From Longimicrobiales bacterium (lineage in GTDB: Bacteria; Gemmatimonadota; Gemmatimonadetes; Longimicrobiales; Gaopeijiaceae): a stretch of 64,000 nucleotides of DNA. The notes under the pieces were generated by a model. It saw only the letters and a program-made list of their open reading frames with translations, ran no database searches and was not told where the DNA came from. This document shows positions 10,359 to 20,096 of this stretch, piece by piece. Both the position numbers and the translations under genes were made by a program. The first letter of the stretch is position 1; every line of letters starts with the position of its first letter. Location: contig OZ252251.1 of NCBI GenBank assembly GCA_965249725.1, positions 192,001 through 256,000 on the forward strand. The letters run 5' to 3'.

Positions 10359-11540
10359 CTAGCCCAGCTCGAGCACCTCGGCGAACACGTCCGTGGCGAG
10401 CGTCATCTCTGCCTGGGTTCCCATGGTGATGCGGGCGTGATTGGGCAGGAGCGGGTTCACATCACCGATCTGTACCCCTCGCTCGAGACAACCGGCCCGG
10501 AACTCCAGGGCAGAGCGGCCGACGTCGACCAGGATGAAGTTCGCCTGTGAGTCGGTGTCTTCGAAGCCCGCGTCATGGAAGAACTGCCGGGTGTAGTCCC
10601 GCACGGCGGCGTTTCGGGCTTGTTCCTGCATGACCGGTCCGAGCCCACGCTCGAGCGCGGCCACCACTCCGACCCTGCCGGGCAGGTTCATGGAGCGATC
10701 CGGGCCACGCAGTTCGGTCCACTTGGCCACGGTGTCCGCGTGTGCGACCGCGAAACCGATGCGCAGGCCCGCCAGTCCGTATGCCTTCGAGAAGGTCCGG
10801 GTCACCATGACGTTTGGGTTCTCTACGGCGATGGGGATCGCGCTCTCGTGATCCGGGTCGGTCACATAGTGGTGATAGGCCTCATCGACCAGCACCATCG
10901 TGCCCGGCGAGCGGCGGTGTACGCGCTCGATGAAGTCCCGGGTGTTCGAGTCCGAAGTTATGGTCGCGGTCGGGTTGTTCGGATTGCAGTGGACGACGAG
11001 TCCGGCCCCGTCGCACGCGTCGATCATGGCGTCGAGGTCGCTCCGGTGATTGCCATCGAGTGGGACTCGTCGCACCTCGGCTCCGAGGAAGGCCGCGTAT
11101 GCCGCCGCCGACTCGAAGGTGGGGTGCGGGCTCACAACCGGCCGGTCCGCCGATGTGTAGAGGTCGGCGGCAAGGCGCAGGACCTCGGAAGAGCCGGTTC
11201 CGAGGCGGACGTTGTTCTCGGCCACTCCGTGAGCCTCGGCGACCGCGGCCCGCGTCTCGTTCACCTGCGCGAACATGTACCGAGCGGCCCCCGCGCCGTC
11301 CGGACCGAGGATCCCCCGCATGGCAGCAAGGACGTGCTCGCCGGGCCCGAGAGGATTCTCGTTGCTGCTGAGAATGATGTTGCTCGTCTGGGGGAGGGCG
11401 AAGGGGTCGGTCGTACGCCCGTCGTGCAAAGCGCTCGCCCAGGCCTCGTGTCCTCTCGCCGAGATGTAAGCCGCACCGAGGCCCATGGTCGTGACGAAGG
11501 ACCGTCGCGAAACCGGGGCGCCCCGCCTCCGGCCACTCAT
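10359..11540 (-). CDS. HisC-like class I/II PLP aminotransferase with Tat signal peptide
   Basis: SRRSFV twin-arginine motif, SSNENPLGP, CNPNNPT, DEAY, TFSKAYGLAGLRIG. Confidence 0.85.
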   Translation of the reverse strand: MSGRRRGAPVSRRSFVTTMGLGAAYISARGHEAWASALHDGRTTDPFALPQTSNIILSSNENPLGPGEHVLAAMRGILGPDGAGAARYMFAQVNETRAAVAEAHGVAENNVRLGTGSSEVLRLAADLYTSADRPVVSPHPTFESAAAYAAFLGAEVRRVPLDGNHRSDLDAMIDACDGAGLVVHCNPNNPTATITSDSNTRDFIERVHRRSPGTMVLVDEAYHHYVTDPDHESAIPIAVENPNVMVTRTFSKAYGLAGLRIGFAVAHADTVAKWTELRGPDRSMNLPGRVGVVAALERGLGPVMQEQARNAAVRDYTRQFFHDAGFEDTDSQANFILVDVGRSALEFRAGCLERGVQIGDVNPLLPNHARITMGTQAEMTLATDVFAEVLELG

Positions 11541-12757
11541 TCTGGGGCCTCCGGTGAGGCGTCGGAAGGCCCTTCGGTGGGCGCCTCGGCGGGCTCCTCC
11601 GTTGAAGCATCGGAAGGCGCCTCGGCGGGCGTCTCGGCGGGCGCCTCCGGTGACGTATCGGCGGGTGCATCGACGCCGAGCACGTCGGCGAAGACCCTAC
11701 ACGCCCGACGCATCTCGTCCATGGTCCCGAAGGAGATCCGGCAGTGCGTCTTCTCCATGGGGGGGAAGTCGCGAGCCACCAGCACGTGCCGCTCGGCGCA
11801 GGCCGCTCGGAAGGAGGCCGCGGGACGCCCCAGTTCCACGAACATGAAGTTGGCCTGCGACTCGGGCACGCGGAAACCCGATCGTTCGAAGAAGTCGGTG
11901 ACGTAGTTGCGGACATCGGCGTTGCGGGCACGCTCGCGCTCGATGTGCCCCGGGTCTTGCAGCGAGGCGACCGCGGCTGCCATCACCAACACGTTGGTGT
12001 TGGCCGACATCTGGTTCAGGCGCATGGTCTCCATCGTGTCCACGTGCCCGACCCCGTATCCGAGCCGTAGTCCCGCCATGCCGTAGGCCTTCGAGAACGT
12101 ACGAGCGACCACCACGTTGGGGCGCTGCGTTGCGAACGGAATCGCGGTTCGGTGAGCCGGATCGGTCACGTAGTCGTGGTACGCCTCGTCGACCAGAATC
12201 ACCGTCTCGGGCGAGCCCCGGTGCACCTCGGTGACGAATTGCTCGATCGCCGTGGCGGGATGCAGCGTGGCCGTCGGGTTGTTCGGGTTGCACAGGTAGA
12301 CCAGGCCAGCGCCCTGGGCCGCCTCGACCATGGCGGCGAGGTCGAGCCTCAGGTCGGCGTCGAGCGGCACCGCACGCCACGGGTAGCCGAACTGCTCGGC
12401 GGCCACGATCGGGGCGTCGAAGGAAAGCCCACTCGTGATCACGGACCGGTCCGGACTAGCGAACATCCGCACGGCGCTGCGCAGGATCTCGCTCGAGCCC
12501 AACCCGAGCGCGATGTGTTCAGGGGTGGTCTCGTAGTGGGCGGCTAGGGACGAGAGCAGATCGACGTGGCTCGGGCTGCTGTTGAACGGGTAGCGACCCG
12601 CCTGATCGAACATATCGACCACCGCACCCATGGCCGTCGGGCCGGGACCGAGTGGGTTCTCGTTCCCGTCGATCTTGATGTCTCCGGGCGCCGGAGCCGA
12701 CCTCTGGTCTTCGGGGGTAGGCCGTGCGGTCAAAAGGGCCCGTCTCGATACGAGCAT
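11537..12757 (-). CDS. HisC-like class I/II PLP aminotransferase with Pro/Ala/Glu-rich tail
   Basis: GNENPLGP, CNPNNPT, DEAY, TFSKAYGMAGLRLG; GGAGG RBS; ATGA overlap with downstream paralog. Confidence 0.85.
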   Translation of the reverse strand: MLVSRRALLTARPTPEDQRSAPAPGDIKIDGNENPLGPGPTAMGAVVDMFDQAGRYPFNSSPSHVDLLSSLAAHYETTPEHIALGLGSSEILRSAVRMFASPDRSVITSGLSFDAPIVAAEQFGYPWRAVPLDADLRLDLAAMVEAAQGAGLVYLCNPNNPTATLHPATAIEQFVTEVHRGSPETVILVDEAYHDYVTDPAHRTAIPFATQRPNVVVARTFSKAYGMAGLRLGYGVGHVDTMETMRLNQMSANTNVLVMAAAVASLQDPGHIERERARNADVRNYVTDFFERSGFRVPESQANFMFVELGRPAASFRAACAERHVLVARDFPPMEKTHCRISFGTMDEMRRACRVFADVLGVDAPADTSPEAPAETPAEAPSDASTEEPAEAPTEGPSDASPEAPE

Positions 12758-12777
12758 GTTCCCTCCAGGTGCATCGT

Positions 12778-12813
12778 GCTGCGGACTCGGCTGCGGACTC
12801 GGCTGCGGAGTCG
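12778..12813. repeat. 12-bp tandem repeat GCTGCGGA(C/G)TCG x3
   Basis: Read directly in the intergenic region. Confidence 0.85.
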
Positions 12814-12917
12814 ACGAACGAGGTGCCGTCCAGGTTTGATCTAGGGCGGGGACAAGTCAAGTGCGGACGGCCGTAGGTGCGAGGACCAGCACGGAGGGCA
12901 CGGTGTACGCACGGGTC

Positions 12918-13394
12918 ATGAACGTTCTCGCCACACTCGCCCTCCTCTTCGTCATCGTCCCGCTACTCGAGCTCGCTCTGTTGATCGAGGTGGGGCAGAT
13001 CGTCGGTTTCTTGCCCACGATGGCGTTGGTGGTGTTCACGGGGGTGACGGGCGCCTGGTTGGCCCGTCTCGAGGGGCTGAGAACGCTTTGGAAGCTCCGT
13101 GAGGACCTGGCCCGCGGCAAGCTGCCCGGCCAGGCGATTATGGACGGGATGAGCATACTCGTGGGTGGCGCACTCCTCCTCACGCCCGGGATTCTGACCG
13201 ACTTCGTCGGATTCAGCCTGCTCTTTCCCTTCACTCGCCGTGCCATCCAACGCCGGGTACGGAAGCGCCTGGAGCAGAGCATTCAAGAGGGCGCGATCCA
13301 AATGACCGTTATGGATGGTCGGGGATGGTCACCCCCTCCGCAGGAGAGCGCTCCCTGGGAGAAGCCGGAGAACGAGCTGAACCGGGGGGATTAG
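12918..13394 (+). CDS. fxsA: FxsA family membrane protein
   Basis: FVIVPLLELALLIEVG, GGALLLTPGILTD; start taken at ATG 12918. Confidence 0.9.
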   Translation: MNVLATLALLFVIVPLLELALLIEVGQIVGFLPTMALVVFTGVTGAWLARLEGLRTLWKLREDLARGKLPGQAIMDGMSILVGGALLLTPGILTDFVGFSLLFPFTRRAIQRRVRKRLEQSIQEGAIQMTVMDGRGWSPPPQESAPWEKPENELNRGD

Positions 13395-13439
13395 GCGCCA
13401 CCCCTTGAGCGGGCTGTCCGGACCAGTAGTTTCCGAACC

Positions 13440-14510
13440 ATGAATGAACCCACCCCTTTTCTCGAGAGCCTTCTCGATGCACCCGGGCCCTCGGGCTTCG
13501 AAGTCCTCCCGGCTCGTGTATGGCGAGCCGAAGCCGAGACGTTCGCGGATACGGTCACCACTGATGTGAGTGGCAACACCCTCGCGCTCGTGAACCCCGA
13601 CGGTAGGCCGAGCGTGATGATGGCAGGGCATATCGACGAGATCGGCCTCCAGATCACCCACATCGACGAGAAGGGCATCCTATATATCGCCGGTATCGGC
13701 GGATGGGATCCTCAGGTCTTGGTCGGACAGCGCGTTCGGATTCTGGGGCGGTCCGGCGAGGTGCCAGGCGTTGTGGGGAAGAAGGCGATCCACCTCATCA
13801 AGCCCGAGGAACGCACGAAGGCGTCGGAGATGGGCCAGCTCTGGATCGACGTGGGGGTGACGTCGGCCGACGAGGCCGCCGCCTTGGGGCTGCGGGTGGG
13901 TGATCCGCTCGTGATCGATGCTCAGATGGTACGGCTTGCCGGAGACCGAGTGGCCAGTCGCGCCATCGACAACCGCATCGGTGCATACGTGGTGCTCGAG
14001 GCGCTGCGAATGCTCTCCAAGTCGTCACCTACCGCGTCGGCCGTGGCGGTGGCCACGGTCCAAGAGGAGATCGGTGGCAAGTCCGGGGGCGGAGCCCAGA
14101 GCAGCGCCTTCCACATCGATCCCGATGTGGCGCTCGTCGTGGACGTGACGTTCAGCACCGACGTACCGGACGTCGAGAAGAAGGAGCTCGGGGACCACAA
14201 TCTCGGTGGCGGACCCGTGCTCAGCCGGGGCTCCGCGGCGCATCCCATGGTGTTCGACCGCCTGGTAGAGGTGGCCGAGGCCGAGGGGATTCCCTACACG
14301 ATCCAGGCTCAGCCCAAGTACACGAGTACGGATGCGGACTCCATCTACCTGAGTCGGGGCGGGGTTCCCACGGGTCTCGTATCGGTCCCCAACCGCTACA
14401 TGCACTCGCCCAACGAGGTCGTGAGTCTCGCGGACCTCGACAGCACGGCGCGTCTGTTGGCGGCCTTTGTGCAGGGGCTCGACGGCGACACGGACTTCAC
14501 TCCGCTCTAA
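13440..14510 (+). CDS. M42 family metallopeptidase
   Basis: GPSGFE, GHIDEIG, AIDNRIG, VQEEIG, VDVT, TDAD, RYMHSPNE. Confidence 0.92.
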   Translation: MNEPTPFLESLLDAPGPSGFEVLPARVWRAEAETFADTVTTDVSGNTLALVNPDGRPSVMMAGHIDEIGLQITHIDEKGILYIAGIGGWDPQVLVGQRVRILGRSGEVPGVVGKKAIHLIKPEERTKASEMGQLWIDVGVTSADEAAALGLRVGDPLVIDAQMVRLAGDRVASRAIDNRIGAYVVLEALRMLSKSSPTASAVAVATVQEEIGGKSGGGAQSSAFHIDPDVALVVDVTFSTDVPDVEKKELGDHNLGGGPVLSRGSAAHPMVFDRLVEVAEAEGIPYTIQAQPKYTSTDADSIYLSRGGVPTGLVSVPNRYMHSPNEVVSLADLDSTARLLAAFVQGLDGDTDFTPL

Positions 14511-14556
14511 GGCTGAGGTCCGCCCGAATAGGGCCTCCGCACCCCCCCCGGGCGCC

Positions 14557-14585
14557 TTGACCCTCAGAGGGCTCTCTTCTACCCT
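14557..14585 (+). promoter_or_regulatory. Putative sigma70 promoter (TTGACC-N17-TACCCT)
   Basis: Consensus-like hexamers with 17-nt spacing upstream of the GAF gene. Confidence 0.4.
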
Positions 14586-14651
14586 TCCGGTCCAGCAAGG
14601 ACGCTGGAAACCTGGGGATTTCCCCGTGAAACAGAACTGGAACCGAAGCGC

Positions 14652-15122
14652 ATGCTAGAAGTGAATGAACTGGTAGGCGAACTGCAGAGCCTGAGAGACG
14701 ATGGCTTCCTCTCGGACGCTCTTCTTCGCCATGCCGTGAAGGGCATCGGAGCGGCCGACGAGCGATTCGACTGGGTGGGTGTCTACCTGCTGAACACCGA
14801 AGAGAACGTCCTCTGGCTGCACAACTACGTCGGCAAGCCGACCACGCATGCCAAGATCCCGGTGGGCGAGGGAATCTGTGGCACCGCGGTGGCGACGGGC
14901 GAAAACGTCAACGTGCCCGACGTGAAGGCAGTGGATCACTACATCGCGTGTGATCCGCGAGTGAAGTCGGAAATGGTCGTGCTCATTCGGGCCGGTGACG
15001 ACATCCTCGGCCAGATCGACTTGGACAGCAGGACCGCCGCGGCTTTCACGGACGATGACGACACGGCGGTACAGTTGGTAGCGGACAAGTTGGCGGAGCA
15101 GCTGGCTGCGGAGCGCCGCTAA
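14652..15122 (+). CDS. GAF-domain protein, free methionine-R-sulfoxide reductase-like
   Basis: DWVGVYL, IPVGEGICGTA, HYIACD, SEMVV, IDLDS. Confidence 0.75.
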   Translation: MLEVNELVGELQSLRDDGFLSDALLRHAVKGIGAADERFDWVGVYLLNTEENVLWLHNYVGKPTTHAKIPVGEGICGTAVATGENVNVPDVKAVDHYIACDPRVKSEMVVLIRAGDDILGQIDLDSRTAAAFTDDDDTAVQLVADKLAEQLAAERR

Positions 15123-15131
15123 TAAACGCCC

Positions 15132-15857
15132 GTGAGGCCCCGCTGCGTCGTAGCTGACAACCCGGGCCCGTTCACGCTAGACGGGACCCGTACTTATCTG
15201 GTAGGTCACGAGCGCGTGGCCATCATCGATCCCGGCCCTTATGTGGATAGCCACGTAAGGGCCGTCGTGCGTGCTGTAGGTGATGCCGAGCAGGTTTGGG
15301 TGCTGCTCACGCATGGGCATGCCGACCATTCGGGGGCCGCCGAGGCGGTGGCAAGCGAGCTGGGGGCGGAGATCCTCGGTGTGGGCGTGCCGGGCGCTCG
15401 GGCACTGGGTGACTCCGAGGTGGTCGAGACCGATCAGGGTCGCATTGCCAGCGTCGATACGCCGGGGCACAGTCGGGAGCACGTCACCTTCCACTGGATC
15501 GAAGCCGAGGCGGGGTTTCCGGGGGATGTCGTCCTGGGCCTGGGTGAGACCACGTGGGTAGGTGAGTACGAGGGGTGTGTGGCTCACTATCTCGACTCGC
15601 TCGAACGGCTGCGGGCCCTGGGGCTCCGGACGCTCTATCCGGGGCATGGGCCAGCGATCGAAGCCCCCGGGGCGACGCTCGATGCGTTCGAGGCTCATCG
15701 ACGGGAGCGGATCAGGCAGGTGCGCGAGCTGTTGGATGTGCGACCTGGGGCCACCACCGACGAGTTGGTGGCCGAGGTGTACGGGAGCGCGATCCCGGCG
15801 GGGTTGGAGGGTGCGGCGCTGAAGAGCATGCAGGCGATCCGGGAGTTCCTGGGCTAG
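15132..15857 (+). CDS. MBL-fold metallo-hydrolase
   Basis: NPGPFTLDGT, THGHADH, TPGHS, PGHG. Confidence 0.88.
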   Translation: MRPRCVVADNPGPFTLDGTRTYLVGHERVAIIDPGPYVDSHVRAVVRAVGDAEQVWVLLTHGHADHSGAAEAVASELGAEILGVGVPGARALGDSEVVETDQGRIASVDTPGHSREHVTFHWIEAEAGFPGDVVLGLGETTWVGEYEGCVAHYLDSLERLRALGLRTLYPGHGPAIEAPGATLDAFEAHRRERIRQVRELLDVRPGATTDELVAEVYGSAIPAGLEGAALKSMQAIREFLG

Positions 15858-16008
15858 CGACCGGGGGTCGCCCAATCAAAGAGCCGGGCGTCGCAATCAC
15901 AACGCCTGTCTTAAGCCGAGTGCGCGGCTTACTCTGGTTTCCTACGCTGGAGATGCAGCTCGGCGCCAGCGAAAGAGCCGTCAATCCACCGACAACACGG
16001 GGGCGCAG

Positions 16009-17412
16009 TTGCCTCTAGGCCAGTCACTCGAAAAGCAGCTCAAGGCCATCGTCGGAGATGACTGGGTCATCTCCGATCCGGGTCGTCTCTTGGCCTACGA
16101 GTCGGACGGCCTTACCGCCTATCGGATGCCGCCCGTGGCTGTGGTCCTTCCGAAGGACACGGACGAAGTCACCCGTGTTCTACAGCTCCTCTCCAAAGAA
16201 GGTGTGCCCGTTGTGCCCCGCGGGGCGGGCACCGGCCTTTCCGGAGGCGCGCTCGCTGGAGAAAGCTCCGTGATCATCGGCACGGCCCGCATGAACCGGA
16301 TACTCGAGGTCGACGCCGAGAACCGCTTGGCCCTCGTTCAGCCGGGCGTCATCAACGCACACCTCACGGAGGCCGCGGCCCCCCACGGCTTGTACTACGC
16401 CCCCGACCCGTCCTCCCAGAGCGCCTGCACGCTCGGCGGCAACGTGGCGGAGAACTCGGGTGGGCCGCACTGCCTCAAGTACGGAGTCACCTCACGTTAT
16501 GTGACGGGCCTCACGATCGTGACCTATGAAGGACAGGTCTCCCGAATCGGGGGCTTCGGACGGGAGTCCGGCAGCTACGATCTGGTAGGCCTGTTCGTGG
16601 GTTCCGAGGGGTGCTTTGGCATCGCCACCGAGATCGAGGTCCGCCTTCTCCCGAAGCCGGAATCCGTTCGGACGCTCCTGGGGATCTTCGACAGTGTCGA
16701 GGAGGCCGGACGGGCCGTGACCCGAATCATCGCCGACGGATTGCTGCCGGCGGCGTTGGAGATCGTCGACGGGGCCACCATCCGGGCCGTCGAGGCCAGC
16801 GTGTACGCAGGTGGATACCCGGTCGACGCCGAAGCGGCGCTCGTCATCGAGTTCGATGGGGTGGAAGCCGGGCTGGCGGCCGACGTCGAGCGGTCGGTCG
16901 TCCACTGTCGAGAGGCCGGGGCGAGCGAGGTCCGTACTGCCGAGTCCGAAAAGGAGCGTTTGGCCCTCTGGCAGGGTCGAAAGAAGGCCTTCGGGGCCAT
17001 GGGACGTGTCGCCACGGATCTGCTCGTTCAGGATGCCACCGTCCCGAGGAGCCTACTGCCCGAGGTGCTTGGGGCGATCTCGGAGATCGGCGAACGGCAC
17101 GACCTGAAGATCGCCAACGTGTTCCACGCCGGGGACGGAAATCTCCACCCGAACATCCTCTTCGACCGAAACGACGCGGACGAGCTCGATCGCGTCGAAC
17201 AGGCCTCGAAGGAGATCATGGCCCTGTGCGTCGAGGCGGGAGGCACGATCACCGGAGAGCACGGGGTGGGCCTGGACAAGCGACGCTACATGTCGCTGGT
17301 GCACAGCCCGGACGAGCTGGAGGCGATGCGTCGGGTGAAGTCGGTGTTCGACCCCACCGGGAACATGAACCCGGGCAAGGTGCTCCCCGAATCGTTCGAG
17401 GCCGTGCCTTGA
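16009..17412 (+). CDS. glcD: Glycolate oxidase FAD-linked subunit
   Basis: PRGAGTGLSGG, PDPSS, ENSGGPHCLKYG, GSEG, FHAGDGNLHP, GEHGVG, MNPGK. Confidence 0.9.
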   Translation: MPLGQSLEKQLKAIVGDDWVISDPGRLLAYESDGLTAYRMPPVAVVLPKDTDEVTRVLQLLSKEGVPVVPRGAGTGLSGGALAGESSVIIGTARMNRILEVDAENRLALVQPGVINAHLTEAAAPHGLYYAPDPSSQSACTLGGNVAENSGGPHCLKYGVTSRYVTGLTIVTYEGQVSRIGGFGRESGSYDLVGLFVGSEGCFGIATEIEVRLLPKPESVRTLLGIFDSVEEAGRAVTRIIADGLLPAALEIVDGATIRAVEASVYAGGYPVDAEAALVIEFDGVEAGLAADVERSVVHCREAGASEVRTAESEKERLALWQGRKKAFGAMGRVATDLLVQDATVPRSLLPEVLGAISEIGERHDLKIANVFHAGDGNLHPNILFDRNDADELDRVEQASKEIMALCVEAGGTITGEHGVGLDKRRYMSLVHSPDELEAMRRVKSVFDPTGNMNPGKVLPESFEAVP

Positions 17413-18722
17413 ACCCGATCGCAGCCCTTCTCTCTAGCCAACTGCCCGAGGGCCAGGTGGTGGAGGGTTTCCGGGCCGAGACCTGGGCCGTATGCGACCG
17501 CGTCCCCCACGCGGTCGTCTTTCCCGAGGACGAGTACGAAGTGGCCAAGGTCCTTGGTATGGCCAGCGCCGAGGGGTGGCAGTGCGTGCCCAGCGGCAAG
17601 GGGACGTGGCTCCGAAGCGGGCAGCCGCCGGACGGAGTAGACGTCGTGCTCAGTACGACTCGGATGGACCGGGTGCTCGCCCATCAACCCGACGATCTGT
17701 TCATTCAGGCCGAGGCCGGTATCGGTCTGGATCTCTTGTCCCGGCGTGTTCTCGAGGGACGGCAGTGGCTCCCGCTCGACCCGCCGGGTGCGACGCGGGG
17801 GACGCTCGGGGCTACGGTCAGCACCGGGTCCGCCGGACCGCTCCAGGCCGGATTCGGCACCCCGAGAGACCACATCCTGGGGGCGACGTTGGTCACGGGA
17901 GACGGACGGGTCCTGCGTCTGGGTGGGAAGGTCGTCAAGAACGTCGCTGGCTTCGATCTTCTCAAGTTGGCCATCGGTAGTTGGGGTACGCTCGGGGTCG
18001 TCACGTCGGTGACGAGTCGGCTTCACCCCATGCCCGAGCTGGACCGAACCCTGTTGTTTCAGAGTTCCGACGTGGTTTCGGCCGCCCGGCTGGCCCGTGC
18101 CATCGCGGGATCTCCGGTGGCGCTCGCGGCGGTGGAGGTGTTGTCTCCCGGAGAGTGGGAGGGCGGCGATCAAGGCACCGTCCCACTGGTCGCGGTTCGG
18201 ATCATGGAGTCGCCCGCGGCGGCCGCGGTCGTGGACGCCACCGTGTGCGAGCGAGCGGACGAGTCCCCGATCATGCGCCTCGACGGGCAGGACTCCCATG
18301 CGATCTTCGAGAACGTCCGCGCCATGGAGGACGGGGCGGAACTGGTTCTTCGACTGAGTCTTCTTCCGTCCAGGTTGGCCGACCTCGTTGAGATGGCCCT
18401 GCCGCTGGGGGAGCTCGCCGATCCCGACGTCGGGTGGGGCATGCGCATGGCGGCCCATGTCCAGAGCGGTGTGCTTCGCCTCATGATCGCTCGTGTGCAT
18501 CGCCGAGAAGGATGGCTGGAGAGCGCGGTCGCCGCCCTGGCCGGTCTCCGCCTTTCTCTCGAGTCCGAGGGCGGGAGTGTCGTGATATCACAAGGGCCGA
18601 TCGAGGTCGTGCAAAGCATGGGCGCCTGGGGGGAGGCCGGTTCGGCCATGGATCTCATGCGAGGGCTTCAGAGGGAGTTCGATCCGGCATCGATCCTCAC
18701 CCCCGGCAGGTTGATCTCGTGA
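17409..18722 (+). CDS. glcE: Glycolate oxidase FAD-binding subunit
   Basis: TTG start overlapping glcD stop; LPLDPP, GGKVVKNVAGFDL, GSWGTLG, FDP..ILTPGR. Confidence 0.85.
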   Translation: MNPIAALLSSQLPEGQVVEGFRAETWAVCDRVPHAVVFPEDEYEVAKVLGMASAEGWQCVPSGKGTWLRSGQPPDGVDVVLSTTRMDRVLAHQPDDLFIQAEAGIGLDLLSRRVLEGRQWLPLDPPGATRGTLGATVSTGSAGPLQAGFGTPRDHILGATLVTGDGRVLRLGGKVVKNVAGFDLLKLAIGSWGTLGVVTSVTSRLHPMPELDRTLLFQSSDVVSAARLARAIAGSPVALAAVEVLSPGEWEGGDQGTVPLVAVRIMESPAAAAVVDATVCERADESPIMRLDGQDSHAIFENVRAMEDGAELVLRLSLLPSRLADLVEMALPLGELADPDVGWGMRMAAHVQSGVLRLMIARVHRREGWLESAVAALAGLRLSLESEGGSVVISQGPIEVVQSMGAWGEAGSAMDLMRGLQREFDPASILTPGRLIS

Positions 18723-20065
18723 CCGCGGTGGTGACTGGGCTTGCGACCGCCTTGAAGGCGCAGGAGGACCGCCTTCTCCCTTGCGTCCACTGTGGGTTCT
18801 GTCTGCCTGCGTGTCCCACCTACGTTCGGCTGGGAGACGAGAACGACTCGCCTCGTGGAAGGCTGCATCTGATGCGCGCCGTGGTCGAGGGAAGGCTCCC
18901 CGCCGCATCGGACGCGTTTCAGACTCACATCGACCGTTGTCTGGGGTGTCGGGCGTGTGAGCCGGTGTGCCCCTCGGGGGTCGAGTACGGCCTTCTGCTC
19001 GAGAGCGCTCGGGCGGCGGCCTTCGAGGCGCGCAAACCCAGGTTCTCCACGCGCGCACTCTTGGCTCTCTTCCGGCAGGGCGCTCTGCTACGCTGGAGCA
19101 TGGGGTTGGCGCGGATGGCTCGCGGTCTCGGGCTGGCGTGGATCGGGGCCAAGCTCGCTCCCAGGCCCCGGGCGTTCCACCCGGTGCGGTTCGGACTCGC
19201 GATGCTGGCGGCGAGCCGAGGATCGAGCCTGCGGGCCATGTCTCCGGCACTCCCGGCCTCCCCCACGCCAGTCCCGGCGGACGGCGTAGAGGCTGTCCCG
19301 GAGGTCCCCGAGCGTGAGCGCCCCATTCGCGTGGCCCTGCTCACCGGGTGTGTCCAGGCGGGTCTGTTCGGCCGCGTGAACGACGCCACGGAGCGCGTGC
19401 TGCGGGCCAACGGGTTCGAGGTCGTCACCATGCAGCGCCAGCAGTGCTGTGGAGCCTTGCACGCTCACGGGGGTGACGCCGAGAGCGCTCGCAAGCTGGC
19501 TCGGGCCAACGTCGATGCCTTCGTGCTCTCCAAGATCGACTTCGTGGCCGTGAACGCGGCGGGGTGCGGCACGGCGATGAAGGAGTATGGACACCTCCTG
19601 AGTGACGACCCGAAGTACGCCGACTCGGCGGCCCAGCTCGCGGCGGCCACGCGTGACGTCTCCGAGGTACTGGCCGAGGTCGGGATACGCCGTGGTGCTT
19701 CCGTGCCCCTTCGGGCCACGTACGATGCCGCCTGCCACCTCTGCCACGCGCAGCGCCTGGTAGAAGCGCCTCGTGCGATGCTCGACGCGATTCCCGATCT
19801 GGATCTCGTGCCGCTGCCCGGCGAGGACGAGTGCTGCGGTGGAGCGGGCATCTACGGGATGACCCACCCGGAGCTGGGCGGGCGGATCGGGTCGGACAAA
19901 GTGTCCGCGGTGGTGGAAACGGGAGCCGACGTGGTGACGACCGCCAACCCGGGCTGCATCATGCAGATCGGTGCCGGTCTGATGCTCCGGGGCTCCCGCA
20001 TCAAGGCCCTCCATCCGGTGGAGCTTCTCGACGAGAGCTACGAGCGAGCCGGTTTCTATCGATGA
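18719..20065 (+). CDS. glcF: Glycolate oxidase iron-sulfur subunit
   Basis: GTG start overlapping glcE stop; CVHCGFCLPACP, CLGCRACEPVCP, two CCG domains. Confidence 0.9.
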   Translation: MTAVVTGLATALKAQEDRLLPCVHCGFCLPACPTYVRLGDENDSPRGRLHLMRAVVEGRLPAASDAFQTHIDRCLGCRACEPVCPSGVEYGLLLESARAAAFEARKPRFSTRALLALFRQGALLRWSMGLARMARGLGLAWIGAKLAPRPRAFHPVRFGLAMLAASRGSSLRAMSPALPASPTPVPADGVEAVPEVPERERPIRVALLTGCVQAGLFGRVNDATERVLRANGFEVVTMQRQQCCGALHAHGGDAESARKLARANVDAFVLSKIDFVAVNAAGCGTAMKEYGHLLSDDPKYADSAAQLAAATRDVSEVLAEVGIRRGASVPLRATYDAACHLCHAQRLVEAPRAMLDAIPDLDLVPLPGEDECCGGAGIYGMTHPELGGRIGSDKVSAVVETGADVVTTANPGCIMQIGAGLMLRGSRIKALHPVELLDESYERAGFYR

Positions 20066-20096
20066 TGAGACCAGCCGTGAAGGAGTGGAGGCGCGT

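Noticed and set aside
16611..17408. 703-aa ORF as one protein; likewise the 5' extensions of ORFs 18434, 30986 and 36942
   Set aside because: The N-terminal parts are off-frame overlaps of upstream genes; true starts overlap the upstream stop codons (17409, 18719, 31112, 37206)
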